A DNA stretch of 64,000 bases from Chloroflexota bacterium (GCA_964291655.2 OZ219801.1:192001-256000); one strand, 5' to 3'; positions 29,583 through 39,806 are shown, counted from the stretch's first letter. Notes: a model not told the origin generated them from the letters alone. Numbers and translations: made by a program.

Positions 29583-30986
29583 ATGGAATCATCGAACACC
29601 CCTAGTGGACTAAGCAGACGGCGGCTGCTGGCCGGCTTGGGACTTGGCACCGCTGGCGCCTTCGTGATTGCGGCCTGCGGCGGCACGGCTGCACCTGCAA
29701 TGGAAGAACAAGCCGAGGAAGCGGAAGCTCCCAAGGCCGAAGAAGAAGCGAAGATGGCCGAGGAAGCCCCTCCCGTGCAGTTCCTGCACTGGTGGATTTC
29801 CCGCATTGACCCAGGCGGACTGGTACCGTGGGCCTTGGAAGAGTTTACGAACCGCACCGGCATTCCGGTGGAGGACGTGGGCCGGGATCCCATTGAGCCT
29901 GTACGCCAGCACTTCCGCACGACCATTGCGGCCGGTACGCCGGTGGACGTGGCCTTCAATTCCATCATTTGGGCCCGCGATCACTGGGACCTGGGCTTGC
30001 TGATGGACTACGGGCCATATCTAACTCAGTACCCACATATTCAGGACGACCAGTACTTCGAGGCTTCCCACCAGTTCCGCAAGGCTGAGGGTGCGACCTT
30101 TGGTATTCCCGTGATGGGGCCGGAGTCGCAGTCTATCGTCGTCAACGGCCAGTTGCTGATTGACATCGGCATGGACGAGAATGGCGGCGATATCAACAAT
30201 TGGGATGACTTGTTGACGGCCGCACGCGCCATGACGAAGCGCGAAGGTAACCAGGTCGCAGTTTCCGGCTTCCTGTTGCCGAATAACGTGGCGCTCGCCC
30301 GCTGGGCGGCGTGGGTGCTCACCACAGGTACCGGCGCGTATGATGCTGAGCAATTCACGGCTCAATACAACACAGAACAGGCGCGCGACACGCTCCAGTT
30401 CCTGCACGACCTTTGGAACCGTGAGGATGTCAGCGCAAAGACGCCCGAGGGCGATAGCGTGCCGGACCACTACAAGCTGCTGCAGGCAAACCAGGCCGGC
30501 ATGCACTATGACATTAGCTCGACCCCCACGCTGCGCTACTTTGATGTTCCTCGCGACTTCAAGTATTGGCAGATTGGGTATCCCGGACATTCTGATGGCG
30601 GTCAGTTTGCCACAGCGTCCTGGATGAATCCGGTCGTTACGCCACTAGGCGCAGGCAATCCGGACGGAGCGGTTGAGTTCATCAATTGGTTCTGCGGACT
30701 TGAAGTGGCCTTGCATAAGATCGAAGTCAATAAGGCCGTCTCCCCGCGCCTCGATCTCTTTGCCCATGAAGCGTGGACCGCTGGCGTTGCAGACCTTCCC
30801 GTGCTCCAGACACGCGAAGATCTTGCTAAGCTGCCGGGCGTTTACCCGTTCCGCCGCTTCCTGAAGCAAAACAGCGAAGTGCGGCCTATTCTCGAGGCTG
30901 CGTATCGCGGCGAGTTGGAAGTTGCTTCAGCACTTGCTCAAGCGGACGAGTTGGCCAACCAGATCCTCAACGAGCCAGCGGAGTAA
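29583..30986 (+). CDS. ABC transporter sugar-type substrate-binding lipoprotein (Tat), copy 1
   Basis: LSRRRLL Tat motif, IAAC lipobox, acidic linker, IAAGTPVD; AGGAGG RBS. Confidence 0.88.
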   Translation: MESSNTPSGLSRRRLLAGLGLGTAGAFVIAACGGTAAPAMEEQAEEAEAPKAEEEAKMAEEAPPVQFLHWWISRIDPGGLVPWALEEFTNRTGIPVEDVGRDPIEPVRQHFRTTIAAGTPVDVAFNSIIWARDHWDLGLLMDYGPYLTQYPHIQDDQYFEASHQFRKAEGATFGIPVMGPESQSIVVNGQLLIDIGMDENGGDINNWDDLLTAARAMTKREGNQVAVSGFLLPNNVALARWAAWVLTTGTGAYDAEQFTAQYNTEQARDTLQFLHDLWNREDVSAKTPEGDSVPDHYKLLQANQAGMHYDISSTPTLRYFDVPRDFKYWQIGYPGHSDGGQFATASWMNPVVTPLGAGNPDGAVEFINWFCGLEVALHKIEVNKAVSPRLDLFAHEAWTAGVADLPVLQTREDLAKLPGVYPFRRFLKQNSEVRPILEAAYRGELEVASALAQADELANQILNEPAE

Positions 30987-31022
30987 GCACTGCTTATGCT
31001 GCTAATGCATAGTTGAAGATTG

Positions 31023-31059
31023 AAAGGGGGCGCACAATTGTGCGCCCCCTTTGTTGTTT
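31023..31059 (+). terminator. Intrinsic terminator after copy 1
   Basis: AAAGGGGGCGCACA-at-TGTGCGCCCCCTTT plus T-rich tail. Confidence 0.85.
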
Positions 31060-31237
31060 GGTGTGATCGCACCTGTCGCTGTTAGCTGATCGGCACAACC
31101 CATGCAAGGTTCTGTTCAATTGGTCCATCCATATATACTCTTTGCCTCCGATGCAACAGCGAACTTACTCACGGAGGCTTGCCACAGCTTTCGGGGTTGC
31201 TACTTTCTAGAACAGAGGCTCCATGCAACTTCCACAC

Positions 31238-31266
31238 TTGACAGTACACAATCAAATTCGTAGCAT
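31238..31266 (+). promoter_or_regulatory. Sigma70 promoter of binding-protein copy 2
   Basis: TTGACA-17 nt-TAGCAT. Confidence 0.7.
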
Positions 31267-31321
31267 CTACTTAGTGTAACTAGAAGCCGTATACGTACGG
31301 CACCTGAATGGGAGGGTTGCC

Positions 31322-32731
31322 ATGGAGTCTTTGGATGAACGCAAAGGACTTAGCAGGCGAAACCTGCTCGCCGGCATAGGTCTTGGCACCGCAGGTGCTC
31401 TGCTCGCCGCGGCCTGCGGCGGCACGGCTGCCCCGGCAATGGAAGAACAAGCCGAGGAAGCCGAGGCTCCCAAGGCCGAGGAGGAGATGAAGCAGGCGGA
31501 GGAAGCCACACCGGTCCAGTTCCTGCACTGGTGGATTCCGCGCATCGACCAGAATGGTTTTACGCCTTGGGCCTTGGAAGAATTCACAAATCGCACCGGC
31601 ATTCCGGTGGAGGACGTGGGCAGGGATCCGATCGAGCCTGTGCGCCAGCACTTTCGCACTACAATCGCGGCTGGTACGCCGGTGGACGTGTCTTTCAATT
31701 CCATAATCTGGGCCCGTGACCATTGGGACCTGGGCATCTTGATGGACTACACGCCGTACCTGACGCAGTACCCAGAACTGCAGGACGATAAGTTCTTCGA
31801 AGCTTCACACCAGTTCCGTCAGGCTGAAGGCGCGACGTTCGGCATTCCCGTCATGGGGCCAGAGTCGACCTCGATTGTCGTCAACGGCCAGTTGCTCTTA
31901 GACGCCGGTCTTGACGAGAATGGTGGGGACATCAACAACTGGGCCGACTTGGTTTCTGCCGCCCGTGCCATGACCAAGAAGGAAGGCAACGATGTCTCTG
32001 TCTCCGGCTTCTTGCTGCCTGCCGGTGTCGGTGGCTTGTCGCGCTGGGCGGGATGGGTGCTCACGACAGGCACCGGCGCTTACGATGCGGAGCAGTTCAA
32101 GGCACAGTATAACACCGAGCAAGCGCGGGATACGCTGCAGTTTCTCTTTGACCTCTGGAATAAGGAGGAAATCAGCGCCAAGGATCCCGAAGGTGCCCCC
32201 GTGCCCGACCACTACAAGCTGTTGCAGGCAAATCAGGCCGGCATGCACCACGACATTAGCTCGACACCTACCTTGCGCTACTTCTCCGTGCCGCGCGACT
32301 TCAAGTATTGGCAGATCGGTTTTCCGTCCTCCGGTGGCCCGGACGGCCAGTTTGCCACCTCGTCATGGATGAACCCGGTGGTAACGCCACTCGGCGCCGG
32401 CAACCCGGACGGCGCGGTTGAGTTCATCAACTGGTTCTGCGGGCTTGAGGTAGCAATTGTCAGGCTTGAGCTCATCAAGACGGTCGCGCCGCGGCACGAC
32501 TTCTTTGCTGATCCAGCCTGGACCAAGGGCTACTCCGACCAGCCGGTGCTCAAAACGATTGAAGATCTTGCCAATCTGCCGGGCGTCTACCCCTACCGCC
32601 GCTTCTTAAAGCAGAATTCCGAAATTCGACCGATGCTTGACGATGCGGTCATGGGCAAGATCGAAATCGCTACCGCGCTGGCACAAGCCGACGAGCGCGC
32701 CAACCAGATCCTCAATGAGGATGCGGAGTAA
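31322..32731 (+). CDS. ABC transporter sugar-type substrate-binding lipoprotein (Tat), copy 2
   Basis: LSRRNLL, AAAC lipobox; long identical peptide blocks shared with copy 1. Confidence 0.88.
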   Translation: MESLDERKGLSRRNLLAGIGLGTAGALLAAACGGTAAPAMEEQAEEAEAPKAEEEMKQAEEATPVQFLHWWIPRIDQNGFTPWALEEFTNRTGIPVEDVGRDPIEPVRQHFRTTIAAGTPVDVSFNSIIWARDHWDLGILMDYTPYLTQYPELQDDKFFEASHQFRQAEGATFGIPVMGPESTSIVVNGQLLLDAGLDENGGDINNWADLVSAARAMTKKEGNDVSVSGFLLPAGVGGLSRWAGWVLTTGTGAYDAEQFKAQYNTEQARDTLQFLFDLWNKEEISAKDPEGAPVPDHYKLLQANQAGMHHDISSTPTLRYFSVPRDFKYWQIGFPSSGGPDGQFATSSWMNPVVTPLGAGNPDGAVEFINWFCGLEVAIVRLELIKTVAPRHDFFADPAWTKGYSDQPVLKTIEDLANLPGVYPYRRFLKQNSEIRPMLDDAVMGKIEIATALAQADERANQILNEDAE

Positions 32732-32780
32732 GTACCACTTACGCTGCTACACCTTTGGGTGAAAGCTTGCCAATAGGTGA

Positions 32781-32820
32781 AGGAAGAAGGAGGCGCACAA
32801 GAGTGCGCCTCCTTCTTCCT
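32781..32820 (+). terminator. Hairpin terminator after copy 2
   Basis: AGGAAGAAGGAGGCGCAC-aaga-GTGCGCCTCCTTCTTCCT, a perfect 18-bp inverted repeat. Confidence 0.8.
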
Positions 32821-32927
32821 ATTCCTCGTCGAAAGCGCGTACATTGGCGCAGATTCTATGTGAGGAATTCCCCGCGCAGTCCCAATCTCTTGCTCGCCAT
32901 TAGAGAGAGCCAGTTTCTTTTCCCTCC

Positions 32928-32956
32928 TTGACCACTCAAGCACAGCAAGTTAGACT
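32928..32956 (+). promoter_or_regulatory. Sigma70 promoter of binding-protein copy 3
   Basis: TTGACC-17 nt-TAGACT, at a position equivalent to the other two copies. Confidence 0.65.
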
Positions 32957-33011
32957 CCGCAAAGAGTCATAAGGGCGCTGTATGAGTCACAGCAACAGGG
33001 AGGGGTTATCC

Positions 33012-34438
33012 ATGGAGAGTTCGGAAGAACGGAGAGTTCGGAAGAACGCAAAGGTCTGAGTAGGAGAAGTCTGCTTGCAGGCCTTGGACTAGGCACGGCC
33101 GGGGTGTTCCTGGCAGCGGCCTGCGGTGGCACGGCTACGCCGGCCATGGAAGACAAGGCCGAAGGAGCTGAGGCTCCCAAGGCCGAAGAGGAAATGAAGC
33201 AGGCTGAGGAAGCCTCACCCGTGCAGTTCCTGCACTGGTGGATTCAACGCGTCGACCCAGGTGGACTGACACCGTGGGCGTTGGAAGAGTTCACGAATCG
33301 CACCGGCATTCCGGTGGAGGAGGTGGCCAAGGATCCCATCGAGCCGCTGCGCCAGCACTTCCGCACCACTATCGCGGCCGGCACGCCGGTGGATGTAGCC
33401 TTCAACTCCATCATCTGGGCGCGCGACCACTGGGACCTGGGCTTGCTGATGGACTATGAGCCCTACCTATCGCAGTATCCGCACATCCAGGACGACCAGT
33501 ACTTCGAGGCCTCGAACCAGTTCCGCAAAACTGAAGGCGCGACGTTCGGTATTCCGGTAATGGGGCCCCAATCGCAGTCCATCGTCGTCAACGGCCAACT
33601 GCTCATCGACATTGGCCTTGATGAAAATGGTGGGAACATCAACAACTGGGACGACTTGACGGCCGCTGCCCGCGCCATGACGAAGAAGGATGGGGACAAC
33701 TTTAACGTATCCGGCTTCCTCTTGCCAGACAACGTCCACCTGGCGCGCTGGGCAGGCTGGATGCTGACGACGGGTACCGGCGCCTACGACGCGGAGCAAT
33801 ACAAGGCGTTCTATAACACCGAGCAGGCGCGCGATACGATGCAATTCCTGTTCAATCTTTGGAACAGGGAGGATGTCAGCGCTAAGTCGCCCGAAGGCGG
33901 GACTCTGACGGATCCACCACATCACGCCCTGCTGCAAGCCAATCAGGCCGGCATGCACTACGACCACACTTCAGCCCCAAAGAACCGATACTTTGAGGTG
34001 CCTCGCGACTTCAAGTATTGGTTGATGGGGTATCCATCGCATCCAGACGGTGGTCAGTTTGCCACGGCGTCCTGGATGAATCCGGTCGTCACGCCGGTGG
34101 GCGCAGGCAATCCGGACGGCGCGGTCGAGTTCATCAACTGGTTCTGCGGGCTTGAGGTAGCCTTGCGTAAGCTTGAGGTCAATAAAGATGCCTCCCCGCG
34201 GCTTGATCTCTTTGCCCATGAAGCGTGGACCGCTGGCGTTGCAGACCATCCCGTGCTCCAGACACAGGAAGATATTGCTAAGCTGCCGGGCGTCTACCCC
34301 TATAGACGCTATCTGAAGCAGAATGCCGAAGTAAAGCCGATCCTCAACGACGCCTACCAGGGCAAGATTGAAATCGCTTCCGCGCTGGCGCAAGCTGACG
34401 AACTCGCCAACCAGATCCTTAACGAGCCGGCAGAGTAG
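33012..34438 (+). pseudogene. ABC substrate-binding lipoprotein copy 3, frameshifted by a 17-bp duplication after the ATG (otherwise intact)
   Basis: ATG 33012 (GGGAGG RBS) reads MESSEERRVRKNAKV* (TGA 33057). Removing one repeat unit gives MESSEERKGLSRRSLLAGLGLGTAGVFLAAAC, in frame with ORF 33104..34438. Confidence 0.8.
33014..33047 (+). repeat. Exact 17-bp tandem duplication GGAGAGTTCGGAAGAAC x2
   Basis: Units at 33014-33030 and 33031-33047 read directly from the sequence. Confidence 0.95.
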
Positions 34439-34478
34439 GCACTTGCTTACGCACTGCTAGCCTGTGAGGTGAAGCAAG

Positions 34479-34506
34479 AAGGAGGCGCACGAACGTGTGC
34501 CTCCTT
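34479..34506 (+). terminator. Hairpin terminator after copy 3
   Basis: AAGGAGGCGCACG-aa-CGTGTGCCTCCTT, homologous to the terminators after copies 1 and 2. Confidence 0.75.
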
Positions 34507-34608
34507 TGCATTAGTGGTGTAGATTCCTCTTCGATACGCTCATCGGAATGACAATCAATCACTATGTAACCCAGCATATTCAAGTCAGGACTCATTAGGC
34601 CAGGACCC

Positions 34609-35847
34609 TTAGAGATGTACCCAGTTCCCTTCTTGTACCACCACGCTGCCATTACGCATCACCGCCCGCACGTCCGTTAAGGCCTCGATGCGGTCCGCCA
34701 CGTCACCGTTGAGCAACACCAGGTCTGCTACCTTCCCGGTCTCAATCGTGCCAATCTCATCCTGCAGCCATATGCCTTCAGCCGCCCGTCCGGTAACACG
34801 GAAGATGACCTCTACGGGATCGAGCTTGAGCGTATGGCGCGCTTGCACAAGGCGCTGCGGCCAATTCGCGATGTTGCGGCCCATGTGATCGCTGGAGAAG
34901 TACGACTTGCACCCGCGCCGCTCCATGTCGCGAATGAGGTCGAAGCGATATTCTACCTCTCCGGGGCCTTCCCAGCCGGACACGATGCCATCTCTCCCAG
35001 CAATGGGAACCAGGGTGGCAAACACGTTCAAGTCTACGAAGATACCTTTTTCTCCCGCTTCCTGGGCGACCTCGGGCACGTATTCAACCGTTCCCTCCTC
35101 AGATCCCAGCCAATTGCAGTGTGCGAGGGCGTCCACACCCGCACGGACCGAATTGATGATGCCCTCTGTGGGATTGACGTGAGCGACGACTCGTTTGCGC
35201 AAGCGATGGGCGTCCTCAACCGCCACACGCATTTCCTCCTCTGAATATTGGGCGCGATAGCGGTTGCTAGGGGGATCGGAGGCGCCACCGGTGGCCATGA
35301 TCTTAATGAAGTCAACGCCGCGGAAGACAAGCTTGCGGATCGCTATCTTGATTTGGTCGGCGTTGTCCGCCAACTCCTCAATCCCCAGATAGTGGCCGTG
35401 ACCTGCCGTTGTGGTAATACTGGGACCCGCGGCGAGAATGCGCGGACCCACCGTCAACCCCTGGTTAATTGAGTCGCGCACATACAGCAGCGTATCCCCG
35501 ATGCTGCCGCAGTCGGCAATTGTGGTAAGGCCGGCCGCCATGGCCTCGCGCGCCGCCTGCAGCGTGTAGAGCACAATAGCCTCGCGCGGCGCATCGATGC
35601 CCGGATATGACGTGTCATCTTTGTTCTCAATCGTGAGATGCGCATGGCCGTCGATCATGCCGGGAATGAGAGAAGCGCCAGCGCCATCGATCTCGTCCCA
35701 GCCTGAGCGGTCCGGAAAGGCAGAATCAAGTTCTTGCAGCGTGCCGACAAAGGCAAGACTACCATCTTCAATTACCACACAGGAATTGCCGCGAGCCTCG
35801 CTGCCGGTGCCGTCGATTAACACGTCAGGACAGATGAGTGTCGGCAT
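34609..35847 (-). CDS. Metal-dependent amidohydrolase family protein
   Basis: PGMIDGHAH (HxH), IKIMATGG, VAH, AH, SSD, G.IETGKVADLV. Confidence 0.9.
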   Translation of the reverse strand: MPTLICPDVLIDGTGSEARGNSCVVIEDGSLAFVGTLQELDSAFPDRSGWDEIDGAGASLIPGMIDGHAHLTIENKDDTSYPGIDAPREAIVLYTLQAAREAMAAGLTTIADCGSIGDTLLYVRDSINQGLTVGPRILAAGPSITTTAGHGHYLGIEELADNADQIKIAIRKLVFRGVDFIKIMATGGASDPPSNRYRAQYSEEEMRVAVEDAHRLRKRVVAHVNPTEGIINSVRAGVDALAHCNWLGSEEGTVEYVPEVAQEAGEKGIFVDLNVFATLVPIAGRDGIVSGWEGPGEVEYRFDLIRDMERRGCKSYFSSDHMGRNIANWPQRLVQARHTLKLDPVEVIFRVTGRAAEGIWLQDEIGTIETGKVADLVLLNGDVADRIEALTDVRAVMRNGSVVVQEGNWVHL

Positions 35848-36222
35848 AGTGTTCTCTCCTTGAAATTGCTGACTTCAATGACCAAGAACTATATCTATTC
35901 GTAAGAGTCGCGCCACATGCGTCATGAGCAAAGGGAGCAACTTGCCTGGGCAATCCGCCCCATTTGCGCGACGCACTCTCGGTACAGCCCGCTCGGCCTC
36001 GCACAACCGATGCGACTCTAGTGTATGGTATCTCCAGGAATCGCACACCGAATCCACAGCTTGTCCTGTACTGCATTGAGGCGTAGAGACGTACAGGTGA
36101 GCATGAATTAGAGGCTGTTAGCAGCATGAAGTCGACAAGACTCGAGCTTGGTTCAATCTAATCTGCTAACTTTGGCAAACCGAAATGCGCGATAGTGCCT
36201 TGTATAGAAAGGTTCGTGAGCA

Positions 36223-37365
36223 ATGTCCGGTGAGAACTTGAACGATCCTGCAGCCGTTGGCATGGATGCGACACAGCTTGAGCGCGCCTACGCGCTCATC
36301 GCGGGCTGGACGGAAAGTGGGTACATGCCCGCGGCAGTTCTGCACGTGGCCCGGCACGGCAAGACAGTCGGGCATCGCTCGTTTGGCCGGATTACGGTGG
36401 AACCGGGCGGCCCGTCTGCGCAGCCAGACAGCATCTTCATCATTGCTTCCATCTCCAAACCGGTAACCTACACGGCGCTGCTGCGGCTGGTAGATGAAGG
36501 CTCGGTCAGTCTCAGCGATCCGGTTTCTCGCTACATTCCGGAATTTGGCGGACGGTCCTCGGCAAGTGCGCCGGACCGCAATGCGGTACAGATACGACAC
36601 ATTTGCACGCATACGTCCGGGTTGCCGGACATGGTGCCAAACAACGTGCTGCTGCGGCGCCAGCATGCGCCCTTCTCCACCTTCATAGACCACATTTGCC
36701 GGGTGCCCCTGCTTTTCGCGCCGGGCACGGACATCTCCTATCAGAGCGCGGGCACAGCATTGGCCGCGGAGATCGTGCAGCGGGTGCGCGGGAAGCCGCT
36801 CCGAGAGGTGTTGGCCGCTGAAGTATTCCAACCACTCGGCATGAACGACACATCACTCGGCTGGAATCCGGAAAGAGAACCGCGCATCGTAGAAGCCACG
36901 CAGCCGTCGCATCTTGGCGGCTCTGACTATGATCACAATAGCCTTTACTGGCGCGAGTTCGGCGCGCCGTGGGGCGGACTCTTTTCAACGGTCAGCGACA
37001 TTGGCCGCTTCTTGGATATGTATCGCTACGGGGGATCACTGAACGGCGTCCGCATCCTTAGCCCCGCCATGGCTGCAGCCATGCTGAGCGAGCAGACCGA
37101 TGCCATGCCCGGCATTTCCACCGCCACAAAGCTGCAAGAAGGCTGGGGGCTGGGCTTCCGGCTTTACCGCCGCGCGAATCCCATGTACTTTGGCGACCTA
37201 CTTTCGTCAGGCTCGTTCGGTCACACCGGCTCCACCGGCACCTTTGCGTGGTGCGATCCAAGCAAAGAACTCACCGCCGTCTTCTTCTGCAACCAGCTCC
37301 ACGAGAGAGTCCAGCACGAGTTCCAAGTGCTTAGCAACACCATTGCGGCGGCGGTGCGCGACTAG
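36223..37365 (+). CDS. Serine hydrolase (beta-lactamase class C/esterase family)
   Basis: IASISK (SxxK), THTSGL, SYQS, GHTG. Confidence 0.92.
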   Translation: MSGENLNDPAAVGMDATQLERAYALIAGWTESGYMPAAVLHVARHGKTVGHRSFGRITVEPGGPSAQPDSIFIIASISKPVTYTALLRLVDEGSVSLSDPVSRYIPEFGGRSSASAPDRNAVQIRHICTHTSGLPDMVPNNVLLRRQHAPFSTFIDHICRVPLLFAPGTDISYQSAGTALAAEIVQRVRGKPLREVLAAEVFQPLGMNDTSLGWNPEREPRIVEATQPSHLGGSDYDHNSLYWREFGAPWGGLFSTVSDIGRFLDMYRYGGSLNGVRILSPAMAAAMLSEQTDAMPGISTATKLQEGWGLGFRLYRRANPMYFGDLLSSGSFGHTGSTGTFAWCDPSKELTAVFFCNQLHERVQHEFQVLSNTIAAAVRD

Positions 37366-37404
37366 AAGCTATTCCTGCCATTCGAGGCGCTTTGCAACGT
37401 CAAT

Positions 37405-37442
37405 GACATTTACTATATTATTTAAGTATATGCGCAAATGAC
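37405..37442 (+). promoter_or_regulatory. AT-rich promoter/probable ArsR-SmtB operator
   Basis: AT-rich island with imperfect palindrome ATTTAAGTATATGCGCAAAT directly upstream of the regulator RBS. Confidence 0.4.
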
Positions 37443-37459
37443 GAATGACGGAGGTGAGT

Positions 37460-37879
37460 ATGGCTCAGCTCAACGCTCTCGATGCGAGTCTGGACAAAAC
37501 ACTTCATCCCGACCAAGCTGCGAAGGTCCTCGCAACAGCCTTGCGCGACGACCAATACGAAGAGCTAGCCACCTACTTCCGCGCGCTCGGCGAGCCAAGC
37601 AGAGTAAGGCTGCTGCATTGCCTGCTGAGTGCCGAACTTTGCGTATGCGATCTTGCCGCACTAACGAACCTCTCTGTAGCTGCGACCTCGCAGCACTTGC
37701 GTACTCTGCGCAATCTGCATCTCGTATCAAGGCGCCGGGAAGGCAAAGTCATGTGGTATCGGCTTGCGGACGACCATATTCGCAGCCTGCTAAGCGTTAC
37801 CCGCGAACATCTCACCCACGCGCCATCAGACTTAACACTGGACTCCCTGGCGTCAAGAGGGGAGCGTCATGACTCATGA
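37460..37879 (+). CDS. ArsR/SmtB/CadC family metal-sensing repressor
   Basis: FRALGEPSR, ELCVCDL alpha3 metal site, SQHLRTLR, YRLADDH; GGAGG RBS. Confidence 0.93.
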   Translation: MAQLNALDASLDKTLHPDQAAKVLATALRDDQYEELATYFRALGEPSRVRLLHCLLSAELCVCDLAALTNLSVAATSQHLRTLRNLHLVSRRREGKVMWYRLADDHIRSLLSVTREHLTHAPSDLTLDSLASRGERHDS

Positions 37880-39806
37880 CCATGACCACGCCCATACTTC
37901 CGCTGGGCTGCTGGCAGAGACCGGCACTCACCTCACCCTTGCTTCCGGTGTCTTATTAGTCGCAGGCATAATATCCAGTCTCCTTGCTGCTCCCGCAATG
38001 GCTCAGACGGCTCTTTATCTTGCCGCCATAGTGGTTGGCGGCGTGCCAATTGTGCGCGGAGCGTGGGAAGCGCTCACCGCGCACCGGCGACTTTCAATAG
38101 ATGCTCTCGTGGTCGTTGCCGTCATTGGCGCGGCTCTCCTGGGGCAATGGTGGGAAGCGGCAGCCGTGGTGTTTCTCTTCTCATTAAGCAAAATGCTGGA
38201 GGTATTCACGCTTGATCGGGCCCACAATGCCATCAACGCCCTGATGGAACTCTCTCCGGAGGAAGCCCGCATTAAAGTTGACGGACGCGAATCAACGGTG
38301 CCAGTCAAGAGTGTCGCAGTGGGCACGATCGTTGCGGTACGACCCGGGGAACGGGTTCCCGTCGACGGTGAGGTAGTCGCCGGTAGGACAACCATCGATC
38401 AATCAGCGATTACGGGAGAGAGCGCTCCGATAAGTAAGTCAACCGGCGACACCGTTTTTGCGGGTACCATCAACCAACAAGGGTACGTGGAAATTTCCGC
38501 AACGCGTCCCGCGACAGACAATGCCATTGCGCGTATCGTGCGTCTCGTGGAAGCTGCACAGCAGGAAAAAGCGCCTACGGCGCAGTTCATCGACCGCTTT
38601 GCCGCCTATTATACGCCGGGCATCGTTGTGTTAGCCTTCCTAGTTGCCGTTGTACCTTGGCTGGCGTTCGATCAACCGTTGCAGGAGTGGGTGTATCGCG
38701 GTCTTGTTCTGCTCTTGGTCGGCTGCCCGTGCGCGCTCGTCATCTCCACGCCCATCTCAGTTGTGGCCGCCATTGCCCGCTCTGCCCGCTCCGGTGTTTT
38801 GGTGAAGAGCGGCGCCGTTCTGGAATCGCTCGGTCAGGCCAAGGCTATGGCCTTCGATAAGACGGGTACGCTCACTCGCGGGCAGCCTGAAGTCACGGAC
38901 GTCATTCCGGCGGCGGGCCATAACGAAGACGAAGTTATCCAGATTGCCGACCGGTTGGAGCACCGCTCCGAGCATCAACTCGCCGCGGCTATTCTGCGCC
39001 GGGCGGGACACGACGCTACTGCAGAGGAAAGCGGTCACGTCCACACAGAGGAGGTACTCGACTTCGAAGCCGTCGCCGGCCGGGGCGTACGCGCGCGGGT
39101 CGACGGCACCGTATGCGTCTGCGGCAACCCCGACTATCTGAGGTCACTCGGCTATGACATTACTCCCTTTGAAGATTCGATTTCGGGACTGCAAGACGCG
39201 GGAAAGACCGCGCTGCTCGTAGCGGAAGACACGAAAGTAGCAGGCCTCATTGCTACCATGGATACGCTCCGTCCCGAAGCCGAGCCCACCTTGCGCGCAA
39301 TTGACGCTATGGGTATTTCGCAATTGGTCATGCTTACAGGCGATAGTGAACCGACGGCAACGGCAATCGCCAAGCAACTGCCCGTGCGAGACGTTTCCGC
39401 TGAATTGCTCCCCTGGCAAAAGGTAGTCGTAATCCGAGACCTCGTAGAGTCCCACGGCAACGTGCTCATGGTAGGCGACGGCGTAAATGACGCGCCCGCG
39501 CTTGCCAGCGCCACCGCCGGCATAACATTGGGGGGAGCCGGCACTGACGTGGCTTTGGAGACTGCGGACGTGGTGCTAATGGCAGATGATCTAAGTAAAA
39601 TCCCCTCCGCCCTACAGCTAAGCCGGAAGACCATGACGGTGATAAAGCAGAATATCACGTTCTCCCTGGGCATCAAGCTACTCGTCTTGGTACTCACGCT
39701 CTTCGGTCTGACGTACCTTTGGATGGCGATCCTGGCAGACGTGGGCGCTACGATCGTGGTGGCTGGAAATGGCCTGCGCCTACTGCGTTCATCTGATACG
39801 AGCTAG
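37869..39806 (+). CDS. Heavy-metal translocating P1B-type ATPase (Zn/Cd/Pb class)
   Basis: His-rich N-terminus, TGES, CPC, DKTGT, SEH, GDGVNDAP, K and D in the C-terminal TM helices. Confidence 0.95.
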   Translation: MTHDHDHAHTSAGLLAETGTHLTLASGVLLVAGIISSLLAAPAMAQTALYLAAIVVGGVPIVRGAWEALTAHRRLSIDALVVVAVIGAALLGQWWEAAAVVFLFSLSKMLEVFTLDRAHNAINALMELSPEEARIKVDGRESTVPVKSVAVGTIVAVRPGERVPVDGEVVAGRTTIDQSAITGESAPISKSTGDTVFAGTINQQGYVEISATRPATDNAIARIVRLVEAAQQEKAPTAQFIDRFAAYYTPGIVVLAFLVAVVPWLAFDQPLQEWVYRGLVLLLVGCPCALVISTPISVVAAIARSARSGVLVKSGAVLESLGQAKAMAFDKTGTLTRGQPEVTDVIPAAGHNEDEVIQIADRLEHRSEHQLAAAILRRAGHDATAEESGHVHTEEVLDFEAVAGRGVRARVDGTVCVCGNPDYLRSLGYDITPFEDSISGLQDAGKTALLVAEDTKVAGLIATMDTLRPEAEPTLRAIDAMGISQLVMLTGDSEPTATAIAKQLPVRDVSAELLPWQKVVVIRDLVESHGNVLMVGDGVNDAPALASATAGITLGGAGTDVALETADVVLMADDLSKIPSALQLSRKTMTVIKQNITFSLGIKLLVLVLTLFGLTYLWMAILADVGATIVVAGNGLRLLRSSDTS

